Source: Candidatus Thorarchaeota archaeon (GTDB taxonomy: Archaea; Asgardarchaeota; Thorarchaeia; Thorarchaeales; Thorarchaeaceae). From it: a stretch of DNA of 64,000 nt. The DNA lies in contig JAUWOU010000004.1 of assembly GCA_030612005.1 (NCBI GenBank), forward strand, positions 4,238 to 68,237. The letters are read 5' to 3'. Made by a program: the position numbers and the translations under genes. Below are positions 29,888-40,226 of this stretch, one piece after another; position 1 is the first letter of the stretch; every line of letters starts with the position of its first letter. The notes under the pieces are model-generated. The model was not told the DNA's origin, did no database searches, and worked only from the letters and a program-made list of their open reading frames with translations.

Positions 29888-30086
29888 TGTAACACCTCAG
29901 TATATCGAAACTTGGGCCCTGTGATGGGAGATTGATTGAGTTAGAAATCATGTCTCATAAAAGCCTTTGTGGGACAAGAATCTCATATCTCACCATTCCA
30001 GACCTCTGATTTAGACCTTCAAGTAATATTAACTAATCTTGAGTAGATAGGACAAAACAACCACTGCAATTGTGTGTTGCTTTTGG

Positions 30087-30551
30087 TCATACACGTTCGA
30101 GCTCAGCTAGAGCAGACTTGAGATCTTCTTCGTCAAGCTCACTTTCCTTTGGGGACAATGGCTCAACTGCTAAGAATTTGTCAAGTTCGTCAGCAAGTTG
30201 TACACCCTGCTTCTTCATCACAAGCCGGATCAGACCAATGTTAACTTCAGCCTCTGATACTACACAGAGTACACCTTTCCCACAGGCTGAGGCGAAGATT
30301 TTGCCCTCCGAAAATTCAGAAGTGACTATCTCAAGCTCCCCAATCTGCAGGTTCTTGCCCTGCTCCTCACTTGCACAGAAAACTGCGCTAGCGATAGCAC
30401 CGATTGAATCGACATCAACAGGATAATAACTCAATTTTGACACATTAGCGATTGTGAGCCCTGTTTTGTCGACAAGTATGACCTTCTTAATACCCTTGTC
30501 CTGTCTTATGATCTCAGTCAATATTTTATCGAAGGCTTTCGGATCACTCAT
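30087..30551 (-). CDS. Roadblock/LC7 protein with acidic C-terminal extension
   Basis: VILVDKTGLTIA, IGAIASAVF, VNIGLIRLVMK. Confidence 0.85.
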   Translation of the reverse strand: MSDPKAFDKILTEIIRQDKGIKKVILVDKTGLTIANVSKLSYYPVDVDSIGAIASAVFCASEEQGKNLQIGELEIVTSEFSEGKIFASACGKGVLCVVSEAEVNIGLIRLVMKKQGVQLADELDKFLAVEPLSPKESELDEEDLKSALAELERV

Positions 30552-30566
30552 TCAAGTACACTCCAT

Positions 30567-30866
30567 TTATTCATTATCTTTGAGGACTACTAATATTACG
30601 CCCTCGCTCACATCCGGTGCGATGTTGATCTGACCCTTGGTTGTGTCCAAGGTCAGGAATTGTAACGACCCCTCACGAAGTTCCCTTACTGCATCGAGGG
30701 ACTTTCCAACAAGAGAGGTAATAATTGCAGCGACGTTCTCGGTTGTTTCGGGATCTAGATCACTGCTAAGTGGAAGACCCTCCATATTGGTCACAACAAC
30801 TCCTCGTACACCTTCTTGCGACTTAAGTCGCGCTAAGATTTTCTGGAGTTTTTCTTGTGTGATCAA
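30567..30866 (-). CDS. Roadblock protein resembling dynein light chain roadblock (DYNLRB/LC7)
   Basis: RLKSQEGVRGVVVTNMEGLPLSSDLD...FLTLDTTKGQINIAPD. Confidence 0.85.
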   Translation of the reverse strand: MITQEKLQKILARLKSQEGVRGVVVTNMEGLPLSSDLDPETTENVAAIITSLVGKSLDAVRELREGSLQFLTLDTTKGQINIAPDVSEGVILVVLKDNE

Positions 30867-30959
30867 TGTACGGAATCCCCGCTTTTTTCAACTGTGCACT
30901 AACAACATTTACCCCGCAGTTGACTATTTTAGACTTGTGGAGATATGCTGCTAGGCACC

Positions 30960-31037
30960 TGTTCAAAATGCGCATTTTGAACATATACAATGCTGTGTTA
31001 TACTAAAATAAAGTTAGCCGTGCTGAATTCAGCACGG
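30960..31037. promoter_or_regulatory. Two perfect loopless palindromes (24 bp at 30960-30983; 20 bp at 31018-31037)
   Basis: TGTTCAAAATGCGCATTTTGAACA and CCGTGCTGAATTCAGCACGG; function inferred only. Confidence 0.5.
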
Positions 31038-31067
31038 TATATTCTATTGTGAGCTTGTATCTTAGGA

Positions 31068-32693
31068 TTATTCTTCGTCTTCATCGCTAAAGAGACGTTT
31101 TGAGCTTCTCTTCATCTGAGCAAGATTCTGCGTGAAAGCTTCATCTGCAGCACCTGACGGAGCTGATGGAAGCAGCTCCCTCATCTTTAGCTCCTGACGT
31201 TGAATCTCTTTCTCTTCTGAATCTAGAGCTCTGTCTGCCCTCTCAAGCATTGCCTGTACAGATTTTGGAGCGGCTCCAGCCTTCTTCCTCAATGCAGACC
31301 TGAAGGATGCAATCCTCTTGCGACCCTTTTCTCGGTTTCCACCAAAGGACTCTTCTCCAGCCTTCTGTGTAACAAAAGTTGCACCAACAGTTGGGTCTAG
31401 AGTAGCCATAATCTCATCTTCCTTCTTTGAAACTTTTAGCTTGGTTGTGACTGCACGAACACGGCGAGCTCCCGCTTCATCAGTGTATGTGACTTGGATC
31501 TGAATTGGTACTTCAGATTCTTTGATCTCCGTCTCAGGAGCAATCTCAAAGTAGAGTTCATGGTCTTCACCAACAACACCGATTTTACTATGGCCCTCCT
31601 TCTTGAGTGTTTCAACTACTGCTCGTGATACTCCTGAAGCATCTTTTATGGTGATTCCAGGTGGCGTAACAAGACGGACCTCTACATCACGACCTAGCAT
31701 GGATGCACCCGCTAGTTCGGAGAGGCTTCGGTCAAGCTCGTTTGGTGTGACATAATACATCTGTCCACCAGTAGCCTCAGGTAGTAGACCAAGTGTCTTC
31801 AGTTCCATTCCTCTACCAGAAGCAATTCCTACAACATCAACGGCGGCTCCAATATCTAAGAACATCTTTCCTAGATCTTCATAGTACTTGCTTGCAGGAG
31901 TGACTTGGTAACCTTCAAGGGCGCCAATTCCCTCATTTGCAAGACCGTCGGTGAGAAGTACAATTCTCCCCACATCTCGATGTTTAGCAATAACAAAAGC
32001 CATTGCGGCTGCAGGTCCTAGAGCAGTACCACCCTGGTCGCGTAATGCTTGAATATGACCCTTTAGGCTGTCCTTGTTCTTTCCAACATTGACTAGCTTG
32101 ATTTTATCTAGGAGTTTCTTGGTGGACTCCATTATAGCATTAAGACTTGCAAAGGAGTCATGGGGTAGTGTAATAGCTTCTCCAGTTTCCAGATTTCTCG
32201 ATACAACAGTGCTCTCAAACTCGATGAGGCCAAACATCGTTTCTGGAGCATTTGCAGCTAGGCTGTCTATAGAAGTATTCAAACTTCGCTTGACTGCGGC
32301 AAGATTAGCACCACTCATAGATCCAGATACATCTATCAATGCTAGGAAGGACTTACCACCTGTTGATGGAACACCGGTATCAGTATCGGTCGTATCTTTT
32401 GGTGGTTCTATAACAAAGTCTGTGTCAGTTCCAGCAACAACAATCTCGCCTTCAATAATATTCAGGGTACCACAGAAAGGACAGATGAAATGTTTACCTA
32501 CCTTCGGGTCTTCCTGAATTTGATCTAAACTAAGAAGGAAACCATTACACTTGTGGCATGCGATTGGCTTCCCAACTATCTTTGTGGTCTCGTGTGCAAG
32601 ATGGCTAAACTCTACACGCAAGACGTACGGAATATCGCTCATGATGTCTTTCGACGCAGGAAAGGCCTCTGAGCTAGTTCTCAACATAGACAT
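31068..32693 (-). CDS. Sec23/Sec24-like protein (zinc finger + vWA trunk + beta-sandwich + helical tail)
   Basis: CHKC...FICPFCGTLN zinc finger; LIDVSGSM, GGTALGPA, LLTDGLAN vWA motifs; ATGG; RRVRAVT. Confidence 0.8.
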   Translation of the reverse strand: MSMLRTSSEAFPASKDIMSDIPYVLRVEFSHLAHETTKIVGKPIACHKCNGFLLSLDQIQEDPKVGKHFICPFCGTLNIIEGEIVVAGTDTDFVIEPPKDTTDTDTGVPSTGGKSFLALIDVSGSMSGANLAAVKRSLNTSIDSLAANAPETMFGLIEFESTVVSRNLETGEAITLPHDSFASLNAIMESTKKLLDKIKLVNVGKNKDSLKGHIQALRDQGGTALGPAAAMAFVIAKHRDVGRIVLLTDGLANEGIGALEGYQVTPASKYYEDLGKMFLDIGAAVDVVGIASGRGMELKTLGLLPEATGGQMYYVTPNELDRSLSELAGASMLGRDVEVRLVTPPGITIKDASGVSRAVVETLKKEGHSKIGVVGEDHELYFEIAPETEIKESEVPIQIQVTYTDEAGARRVRAVTTKLKVSKKEDEIMATLDPTVGATFVTQKAGEESFGGNREKGRKRIASFRSALRKKAGAAPKSVQAMLERADRALDSEEKEIQRQELKMRELLPSAPSGAADEAFTQNLAQMKRSSKRLFSDEDEE

Positions 32694-32801
32694 CTAATTA
32701 TTCGCCTCCAAAATTCTTAGCCTCCCTTTTCGCGAGTGGATTTAAGTCAATCGACGATTGTTGAGTCCTTCAATGTACCAATATTTGGTTATGAGAGAAA
32801 G

Positions 32802-34173
32802 GGCGCGGTCTAAACAGCTGCGTAAATCCTGAACGAACCTAGACATCAATGAAACCAATAGTTGAATAAAGACTATTCTTGTATGAGCTTATTAGCTCCC
32901 AGCAAGACCCATTATCGAACCTGAATGTTGATCAACAAGGCTTACAGGTATGAACTGGACCCGAACAACATCCAGAGATCATCCCTTGCTCAACATGCTG
33001 GAGTAGCTCGTTTTGCCTATAACTGGGGTCTCGAGAAAAGGATTACACGGTACAAGAACAATCAGGGTGACGACCGGTTCACTAACGCTATGAAGCAGCA
33101 CAAGCTCCTCAACTCCCTGAAGAAAATAGAGTTCCCATGGATGTACGAAACCTCGAAGTGTGCACCCCAGGAAGCCCTGAGAGACCTCCATAGAGCCTTC
33201 AAAAACTTCTATCGAGGACTCAAGTCTGGGAAGAAAGTCGGATTCCCACGTTTCAAGAGGAGAGGAGTCAGGGACAGCTTCAGACTGACCGGGGCCATCA
33301 GGTTCCACGAGCGAGCAATCCAGCTCCCTAGAATCGGAAAAGTTCGTATCAAAGAGAAGAGGGAGCACTATTACAAGGGAAGGATACTCTCAGTCACAGT
33401 GCGACGAAGGGCCAACAGGTGGTTCGTGTCAGTCACTGTGGAGGAGAACATCATTGACCCGCAGCCTGTAAGAGGGGCATCAGTGGGGGTCGACCTGGGA
33501 GTGAAGACTCTGGCCACACTCTCGGATGGGACCACCTTTGCAAACCCACGAGCCCTTGGAAGACGCTGAGGAAACTGCGACAGCTCTCAAAGAGCCTGTC
33601 ACGAAAGGAGAAGGGGAGCAAGAACCGCGAAAAAGCGAAATTACGACTTGCAAAGATGTACTTGAGGATCTTCAATGTCCGACGAGACACACTGCACAAG
33701 CTGACGACCTACCTTGCCAAGAGCCACAGTAAGGTAGTGATCGAGGACTTGAATGTGTCAGGGATTCTGAAGAACAGAAGGCTTGCAAGAGCCATAGCTG
33801 ATGTGGGGTTCTACGAGTTCAGACGACAGTTGGAGTACAAGTGTGGATGGTACGGTTCTGAGCTTGTCGTCGTTTCAAGGACCTTTCCCTCCTCGAAGAT
33901 GTGTTCACAGTGTGGGCACAGGAAGAAGGAACTCTCTCTATCAGAGAGGAAGTATAATTGTGATCAGTGTGGACTTGAAATCGATAGGGACCTCAATGCT
34001 GCACTGAATCTAGTCGCCGTCAGTTTGCCGGAGACTGAAAACGCCTGCGGAGAGGAAGTAAGACATAGCAAATCTTCCGAGATTTGCAATGCAGCCTCGA
34101 TGAAACAGGAACCGAACATCATCCCGGACTCGATATCCAGGAATGTCTAGGTTTCGGGGAACGGCGCGGTCTA
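32802..34173 (+). mobile_element. Non-autonomous IS607/IS605-type tnpB element without transposase
   Basis: 11-bp direct repeats GGCGCGGTCTA (32802-32812, 34163-34173); inverted AACCTAGACAT/ATGTCTAGGTT (32836-32846, 34143-34153). Confidence 0.7.
32925..34150 (+). pseudogene. tnpB: Canonical TnpB split by a one-base frameshift near 33565
   Basis: KAYRYELDP..ARFAYNWGL and VGVDLG in one frame; RKLRQLSKSLSRK..., VIEDL, CSQC..CDQC, DRDLNAALNL in the next. Confidence 0.85.
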
Positions 34174-34248
34174 GCGCACAAGATTTAAAGAGCCCGGCGT
34201 TCAACACGATACTAGAAAGTTGAAACCTCTTAAGAGGAGAACTCACAG

Positions 34249-34617
34249 ATGGTAGACCAAGCTAAGATTGAAGAGATTGTTACTGAAACAATGTCGAATA
34301 ACGCAGACATACAAGGAATAATCGTTTGCGATGCAAAGGGAAAGGTGCTCTTTGGACATACTATTACTGGAGGTATCAAACACGAAGATGTTGCAAGTCT
34401 TGCGGTGAAAATAGCAGGTAACTCTTCTCAACTGACGGCAGGTCTTGACAAGGGAGGCCTCAAAGAGGTGAATATATCCTCTGATCATGGACTTGTGATT
34501 ATTCTTGGTGATGCAAAAGTAGTGATGGCTGCAGTCGCCGGAGAAGGAGCCCGTGAGAGTCAAGGTCTCCTATTGATATCGCTACGTAGAACTTTACTCG
34601 CAATATTGGGTAAGTGA
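34249..34617 (+). CDS. Roadblock/LC7-like protein
   Basis: GIIVCDAKGKVL, LKEVNISSDHGLVII, QGLLLISLRR. Confidence 0.7.
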   Translation: MVDQAKIEEIVTETMSNNADIQGIIVCDAKGKVLFGHTITGGIKHEDVASLAVKIAGNSSQLTAGLDKGGLKEVNISSDHGLVIILGDAKVVMAAVAGEGARESQGLLLISLRRTLLAILGK

Positions 34618-34781
34618 TATAGTAAAACAGCACCAGAGTTACCTTTTTGTGCCCAAGGTTAATGGGCCATACGAGAAACAGAGGTATATTCTAATATAGC
34701 TAGGGTATTACCCACGTCATACTAACCATATTTAGGCCTCTGTAACATCTGAATAATACAAACGCAGACACGTCAAATTGG

Positions 34782-37700
34782 TTGAAATTGCCGGGAAGGG
34801 AACGGGACTTGGTTTACATAGAGAAGCTAGTATGCAAGGGCTTCAAATCATTCGGTCGAGACTCCGTTACTATAAAATTCAACAAGGGATTTACATGCAT
34901 TGTTGGTCCTAATGGTTCAGGGAAATCAAATGTAATTGATGCGATATTATTTGTGCTAGGCCAACTGAGCGCAAAAACTCTCCGTGCTACAGTTTTCTCT
35001 GATTTGTTGTATTCCCCTCCAAAACCACATATGCCACCAAAAGCCAAGACTGCAGTTGTTGAACTTCATTTCAATAATAAAGATAGAAAACTGCAGGTCG
35101 AATCAGATCGTGTTGTTATTGAGAGGCAGCTTGATGACACAGGGAAGTCAGTTTGTCGTATTAATGGTAAGACTTACACTCGTAGTGCAGTTCTTGATGT
35201 GCTTGGAACCATTGGTGTCGACCCTAATGGTTACAATCTTGTACTGCAGGGTGAGATTGCCCAGATGGTCAAGGTCAGCCCCAATGAGCGCCGCAAACTT
35301 ATCGAAGAGATAGCTGGAATAGCTGCTTATGATGAACAGAAGGATCGAGCGCTCAAGAAACTAACAGAGAGCGAGAGTAATCTTGGGAAAGTAGATACTC
35401 AACTTCAAGAACGTAGACGCCAGCTTGAGAAACTTGAAGGTGAAAGGGGAGATGCTCTGCGTCATAAAGGAATGAATGACCAGATAGAGAAATTCAAAAT
35501 TGATATTCAATCTTGGAGTGTCATCAAGGGTAGACTAAGGATAGACACTATCAATGAGACTCTTGCCCAAAGAGCACAAGAAGCTGAAGGACTTGTCACA
35601 GAGTTAGTTGAGGTTGAAACAAATAGTGGCACAACTGAAACCGAGATTGATACTATTGACCATGAGATTGATCAGATAACTGGAGGAGATTCAGCAAGAG
35701 TTTCTGAACAATACGGTATTGTTTCTGCAGCTGTGAACCATGTTAGATCTGATCTAGAACGTGCACAAGGAGAACATGACGGGTCTGCAAGTGATAGAGC
35801 GGGGTTGGTGGAAGAGCTAGAAAAGACCCAGGATGAGATAGCTCAAAATGAGAAAATGTTGACTGAAAAGAACGATGATCTTCAAAAACTGGAAAAGGAG
35901 ATTTCAGGAACTTCAGCTCAGATTATTCGAATGGAAGATTTAGCAGAGAAAGAACAGACTACATATTACGAAACAACTCTTCGTCTACAGGATTTGAATA
36001 ATCAATTACGTGCACTTGATGAGGGTGTTTCAGAAGTTCGATCATCAATTAAATCTGATAATAGAGAACTTGGTACATCGTATGAAGATGTTCGTGATTC
36101 AACAGAGAATCTTGAGAAAACAACTGAGGACCTTGAACAGCTAAAAGGAATCATACCTGAAAAGAAAGAATCACTAGAAAAGACAGAACAGATTGAATCC
36201 GAAAGAAAAGTTGAGATCAAAGAGATTGCAAAACAGTTGAAGGTAGTAGATGCAGAAGTCGATGAGAGTGCAAAGATTGTTGCAGCAACTCGAGAAGAAC
36301 TGATCAAGGTGCAAGCACGTCAAGATGCGCTACAAGAAGCAGAAGATGCATTTCTGAAGAGGCGAAGAGCTCTTGCAAAAGTCCTCGAACTAAGGGACAC
36401 TGGTACTATCGAAGGCATCTATGGTACGGTTGCAGAATTGGGAACTATTAATCCAGATTATGCCACAGCTATGGAGATTGCAGGTGGCAATAGATTATCC
36501 CACATAGTTGTAGAAGATGATAATGTAGCTACTGCATGTGTAGATGTTCTGAAACGAGATAGAGTGGGAAGAGCATCTTTCATACCCCTTGATAAAATCA
36601 AAACACATTCACCAAGAAAACTTCCAAATGATGCGGGAGTCATAGATTTTGCTCTTAATCTTGTTAGCTTTGAACCGAAGATGTCGCCAGCATTCGAATT
36701 CGTATTCTCGGATACCATTGTAACTGAAGATTTTGATACTGCTAAACGATTAGGTTTCAAGGGTCAACGCGCTGTTTCACTCGAAGGAGACCTAGTTGAA
36801 AGATCAGGTCTTATGACTGGTGGTTATTATCAAAAAGGTGCAGCGAGGCTATCACTCCAAGTAGAAGATACTAGTCCAGAAATAACAAAACGGCTTCAGG
36901 GTCTAGATGCTATTTTGAGTGAACTCCGCGAGAAACAAGAGAAATTGAGAAGCCAGAAAAAGGAAATTGATACTGAGATTCAAGAACTATCAAAGAAAAA
37001 TTACCGTGGTCGACTCGATTTAGAAAAACAAGAAGAGCGATATGATGAACAAGAATATCGAAGTAGTATTCTGAAAGAAAGAATCGAGAAGGGCACACTC
37101 ACAATCAGTGCACTTGAGGCTCAAATTACCAATCTCCAAGAACGCGATGATGAGCTTACTGTCCAACGTGAACGTGTAATGGCACAGCGAGACCAGTACA
37201 ATGAAGACCTCACAAAGTCAGATTCTGCAAAATTGAATCAGGATATTAAAGATCTAAAAGAGGTCCTAGAGCAGTACCAGAAGAAACGTGAAAAGATGCA
37301 GACTAACCTTACAGCCCTTAGAGTTGGACTTGATGAACGACTCGGACCAAAGGCCGTTGAGATTGAGTCTAAAATCCAAGCACTTGATGTAGTGCTGCCT
37401 GGATTGGAGGAACAAGTCAAGCGTTTTGAGATGGGACTCGCGGAGAGAGAGAAAGAGTTTGTCAAATTGAAGAGTGAGCGCGAAGAGATTGATGAGGCGG
37501 TTAAGGACAAACGAGTCCGTCAACTAGAGTTGAGGGAGAAATTACGCAACCTAAGGATGAGACATGAGGAGATTCGTGAAGCTCAAACATCGAATGAGAA
37601 AGCCGTGTATAGGTTACAGACTGAACAAAATCGTCTTGAAACGGACATAGTTGCTTTCGTCGCAGAACTTGGAACTCTCACTGACACAGATGAAGCTCTT

Positions 37701-38399
37701 GAAGATAGAAAGGATGAACGTGAACTTACATACAGAGAACTTGAAGAGTTTCAAGAGAAAATCAAAGAGATTGAAAGAGAACTTGAAGCAATGGGTCCTG
37801 TAAATCTGAAAGCATTAACAGATTACGAATCTGAACGTGACCGATATGATGAGATAGTAGACAAAAAGACCCAGCTGGAAGAGGAACGAAAAGAAATTCT
37901 TGCATTTATGGAAGAACTTGAGGCAGAGAAGACTCAGAAATTCCTAACGGTCTATAATGAGATTGCTGATAATTTTGCAACAGTGTTTGCTCGACTTTCA
38001 CCTGGTGGTGACGCTACTCTCATGCTTGAGAATCCTGAGCACCCATTGATGGGTGGAATTACTGTAAGATCAAAGCCAAGAGGTAAAGAATTAGTCACTC
38101 TTGATGCTATGAGTGGTGGAGAAAAGACCATAACTGGTCTTGCTCTAATCTTTGCAATCCAGATGTATAACCCCACTAGTTTCTACATTTTTGATGAGAT
38201 TGATGCAGCTCTAGACAATGTTAATGCTCACAATGTAGCTCTGCTAATCTCAGAGATGGCTAAAGCATCTCAGTTCGTTGTGGTATCATTAAGAGACACT
38301 ACTGTTAGAAAAGCCGATCTTCTCATTGGTGTATCTAACCAAGATGGAATATCAAAGATTGTGTCGGTAGACCTAGAAGAGGTGAGTGCTAAATCATGA
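34782..38399 (+). CDS. smc: Chromosome segregation protein SMC (start possibly TTG 34809)
   Basis: GFKSF, GPNGSGKS, coiled coils, hinge (GRASFIPLDKI), MSGGEKT, FDEIDAALD. Confidence 0.97.
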   Translation: MKLPGRERDLVYIEKLVCKGFKSFGRDSVTIKFNKGFTCIVGPNGSGKSNVIDAILFVLGQLSAKTLRATVFSDLLYSPPKPHMPPKAKTAVVELHFNNKDRKLQVESDRVVIERQLDDTGKSVCRINGKTYTRSAVLDVLGTIGVDPNGYNLVLQGEIAQMVKVSPNERRKLIEEIAGIAAYDEQKDRALKKLTESESNLGKVDTQLQERRRQLEKLEGERGDALRHKGMNDQIEKFKIDIQSWSVIKGRLRIDTINETLAQRAQEAEGLVTELVEVETNSGTTETEIDTIDHEIDQITGGDSARVSEQYGIVSAAVNHVRSDLERAQGEHDGSASDRAGLVEELEKTQDEIAQNEKMLTEKNDDLQKLEKEISGTSAQIIRMEDLAEKEQTTYYETTLRLQDLNNQLRALDEGVSEVRSSIKSDNRELGTSYEDVRDSTENLEKTTEDLEQLKGIIPEKKESLEKTEQIESERKVEIKEIAKQLKVVDAEVDESAKIVAATREELIKVQARQDALQEAEDAFLKRRRALAKVLELRDTGTIEGIYGTVAELGTINPDYATAMEIAGGNRLSHIVVEDDNVATACVDVLKRDRVGRASFIPLDKIKTHSPRKLPNDAGVIDFALNLVSFEPKMSPAFEFVFSDTIVTEDFDTAKRLGFKGQRAVSLEGDLVERSGLMTGGYYQKGAARLSLQVEDTSPEITKRLQGLDAILSELREKQEKLRSQKKEIDTEIQELSKKNYRGRLDLEKQEERYDEQEYRSSILKERIEKGTLTISALEAQITNLQERDDELTVQRERVMAQRDQYNEDLTKSDSAKLNQDIKDLKEVLEQYQKKREKMQTNLTALRVGLDERLGPKAVEIESKIQALDVVLPGLEEQVKRFEMGLAEREKEFVKLKSEREEIDEAVKDKRVRQLELREKLRNLRMRHEEIREAQTSNEKAVYRLQTEQNRLETDIVAFVAELGTLTDTDEALEDRKDERELTYRELEEFQEKIKEIERELEAMGPVNLKALTDYESERDRYDEIVDKKTQLEEERKEILAFMEELEAEKTQKFLTVYNEIADNFATVFARLSPGGDATLMLENPEHPLMGGITVRSKPRGKELVTLDAMSGGEKTITGLALIFAIQMYNPTSFYIFDEIDAALDNVNAHNVALLISEMAKASQFVVVSLRDTTVRKADLLIGVSNQDGISKIVSVDLEEVSAKS

Positions 38400-39106
38400 T
38401 GGGTGATGACTCACCATTCTGGGCAACTCCACCATATATCCTTCTTACTGATGTCCTTCAATTGGATAAAGTGGAGCCTTGGAACGTAGATGTTGGAAAA
38501 CTTGTTGTTGGTTTCCTTAATGAAATGAAGCGAATGGGAGATATTGATTTCCGCATATCAGGAAATGCTCTCTATTCTGCATCGGTCATCTTCATGCGTA
38601 AGACGCGAGATCTTGTTCAACTTGGAATACTTCCGCCAGAGAAAGATGACGATGATGAGGAACTAGAGATTCCTTTGATTCGTCCTCCATTTAGACTGAC
38701 TAACCGTAGAGTTACCATGGAAGAATTACTAATAGCAATGGACCATGTCTTGAGCAAGGGGGTCAGAAAGAGAAGTATTCCCACCAAACGCCAATACAAA
38801 ATAAAGGCAGATCCAATTACATTCACAATGAACGTGGACCAGGCGAATATCGAGGAAACCTTGGCAGAGGCGTATATGGACCTGCAAAGATTGTTGAAAG
38901 TAGGCGAATCTTCAAAATTCACAGATATCTTGATGAACAACACTAGAAAAGAGATAGTTCGTGTCTTCTTCTCAATTCTGTTCCTTTATAATCGTAAGTT
39001 CATAGACATCTGGATGGATGAAAATGTTATTTGGGTGAAAATGATTGAACCACCGGAGATTAATGAAGAAGAAACTAAGGAAGCAACACCAACGATAAAG
39101 AGCTAA
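38396..39106 (+). CDS. scpA: Kleisin ScpA
   Basis: VEPWNVDV, DFRISGNALYSAS, VTMEELL, VRVFFSILFL; overlaps smc stop. Confidence 0.85.
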   Translation: MMGDDSPFWATPPYILLTDVLQLDKVEPWNVDVGKLVVGFLNEMKRMGDIDFRISGNALYSASVIFMRKTRDLVQLGILPPEKDDDDEELEIPLIRPPFRLTNRRVTMEELLIAMDHVLSKGVRKRSIPTKRQYKIKADPITFTMNVDQANIEETLAEAYMDLQRLLKVGESSKFTDILMNNTRKEIVRVFFSILFLYNRKFIDIWMDENVIWVKMIEPPEINEEETKEATPTIKS

Positions 39107-39115
39107 GGTGATTTT

Positions 39116-39667
39116 ATGGAAGAAGATTTGGTAACACTTGAAGCAGCCCTTTATGTATCGGGCAGAGCTTTAACACTTGAAGAGTTATCCAATATCATAG
39201 GAAAATCACAATCAACTGCACAGAAACTTCTAGACGAACTTGGTTTTGAATACAGTAAACGAAAGGGAGCATTAGAAGTTGTAGCTCTTCCTAGAGACCG
39301 TTATGCAATGCAGCTTCGACCTGAACTCACACCAAGTGTTGGAAAATTGATACCTGGTGGTCTTCTATCATATGCAACATTGCAAACTTTGGTGATTATC
39401 GCAATAAAACAACCAATTATTCAATCAGTGCTTGTAACAGAAAGAGGAACGCACTGCTACGATCATGTGAAGGAACTCATCGAGAAGAAATTTGTTGAGG
39501 CTGTGCCAGAGGGAAGGTCGAAAACTCTGACAACAACTCCACTCTTTGCGGACTACTTTGGACTTGACAATGATAGAATCAAACTTAAAGCTCAACTCAA
39601 ATTTAAAATAAAAAAAATACTTGAAGACCATCGAGAAGCAGAAGAGGTTTCTGTGGTCCAAGACTAA
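39116..39667 (+). CDS. scpB: SMC-Scp complex subunit ScpB
   Basis: LEAALYVSG, TLVIIAIKQPI, TTPLFADYFGL. Confidence 0.9.
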   Translation: MEEDLVTLEAALYVSGRALTLEELSNIIGKSQSTAQKLLDELGFEYSKRKGALEVVALPRDRYAMQLRPELTPSVGKLIPGGLLSYATLQTLVIIAIKQPIIQSVLVTERGTHCYDHVKELIEKKFVEAVPEGRSKTLTTTPLFADYFGLDNDRIKLKAQLKFKIKKILEDHREAEEVSVVQD

Positions 39668-39683
39668 TTTTGAATGTACTTCA

Positions 39684-40166
39684 TCAGATTGGTGTACCTA
39701 TTGATACAAGAAGCAAGATTCCAAGAGCTAGTAGGAAGAGTCCTGAAATGAAACCGGTATTTTTTCTGAATTTGATTAAAATTGCTGTATGGGCGACGCC
39801 ATTGAGAATTCCATTGAATGCTACACCAATACCGTAGATTATTGCCCAAGGAGCACCTGCATTAACTGGAAAATAGAACAGAAAACTCAACAATATTAAG
39901 ACATGACTGAAAGCTACCAAGAAATTCCGTGTACCTAGTTGTTCTTTGGGAGTTCCATCAGCGTTCTTCCTCAGTTTTGCTTCCATTTCCCATGCTTTAG
40001 TAAAATTTTCTTCAAGTAAATGACCGGCCATTGCAAAACAAAGAAGTAGGTATATTGTGGGAGAGAAGGCGAATGGTGCTATTTGAGTAGGAAAAAGATA
40101 TCCTACAGCAATTGATATCGTAGTCAAGAGAGTAAGGAAGATAACAAGCGGATGGGCGATTTTCAT
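39684..40166 (-). CDS. HXXEE-motif membrane protein
   Basis: HLLEE motif after TM helices, later NGVAH. Confidence 0.65.
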   Translation of the reverse strand: MKIAHPLVIFLTLLTTISIAVGYLFPTQIAPFAFSPTIYLLLCFAMAGHLLEENFTKAWEMEAKLRKNADGTPKEQLGTRNFLVAFSHVLILLSFLFYFPVNAGAPWAIIYGIGVAFNGILNGVAHTAILIKFRKNTGFISGLFLLALGILLLVSIGTPI

Positions 40167-40226
40167 TTATTTCACAAGTGTAGCCACTGATAACCAAGTT
40201 ATTAAAATTCCGAGATTGAGTGAACT

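Noticed and set aside
33567-33569. TGA as selenocysteine or readthrough in tnpB
   Set aside because: TnpB homology continues in a different frame, so it is a frameshift
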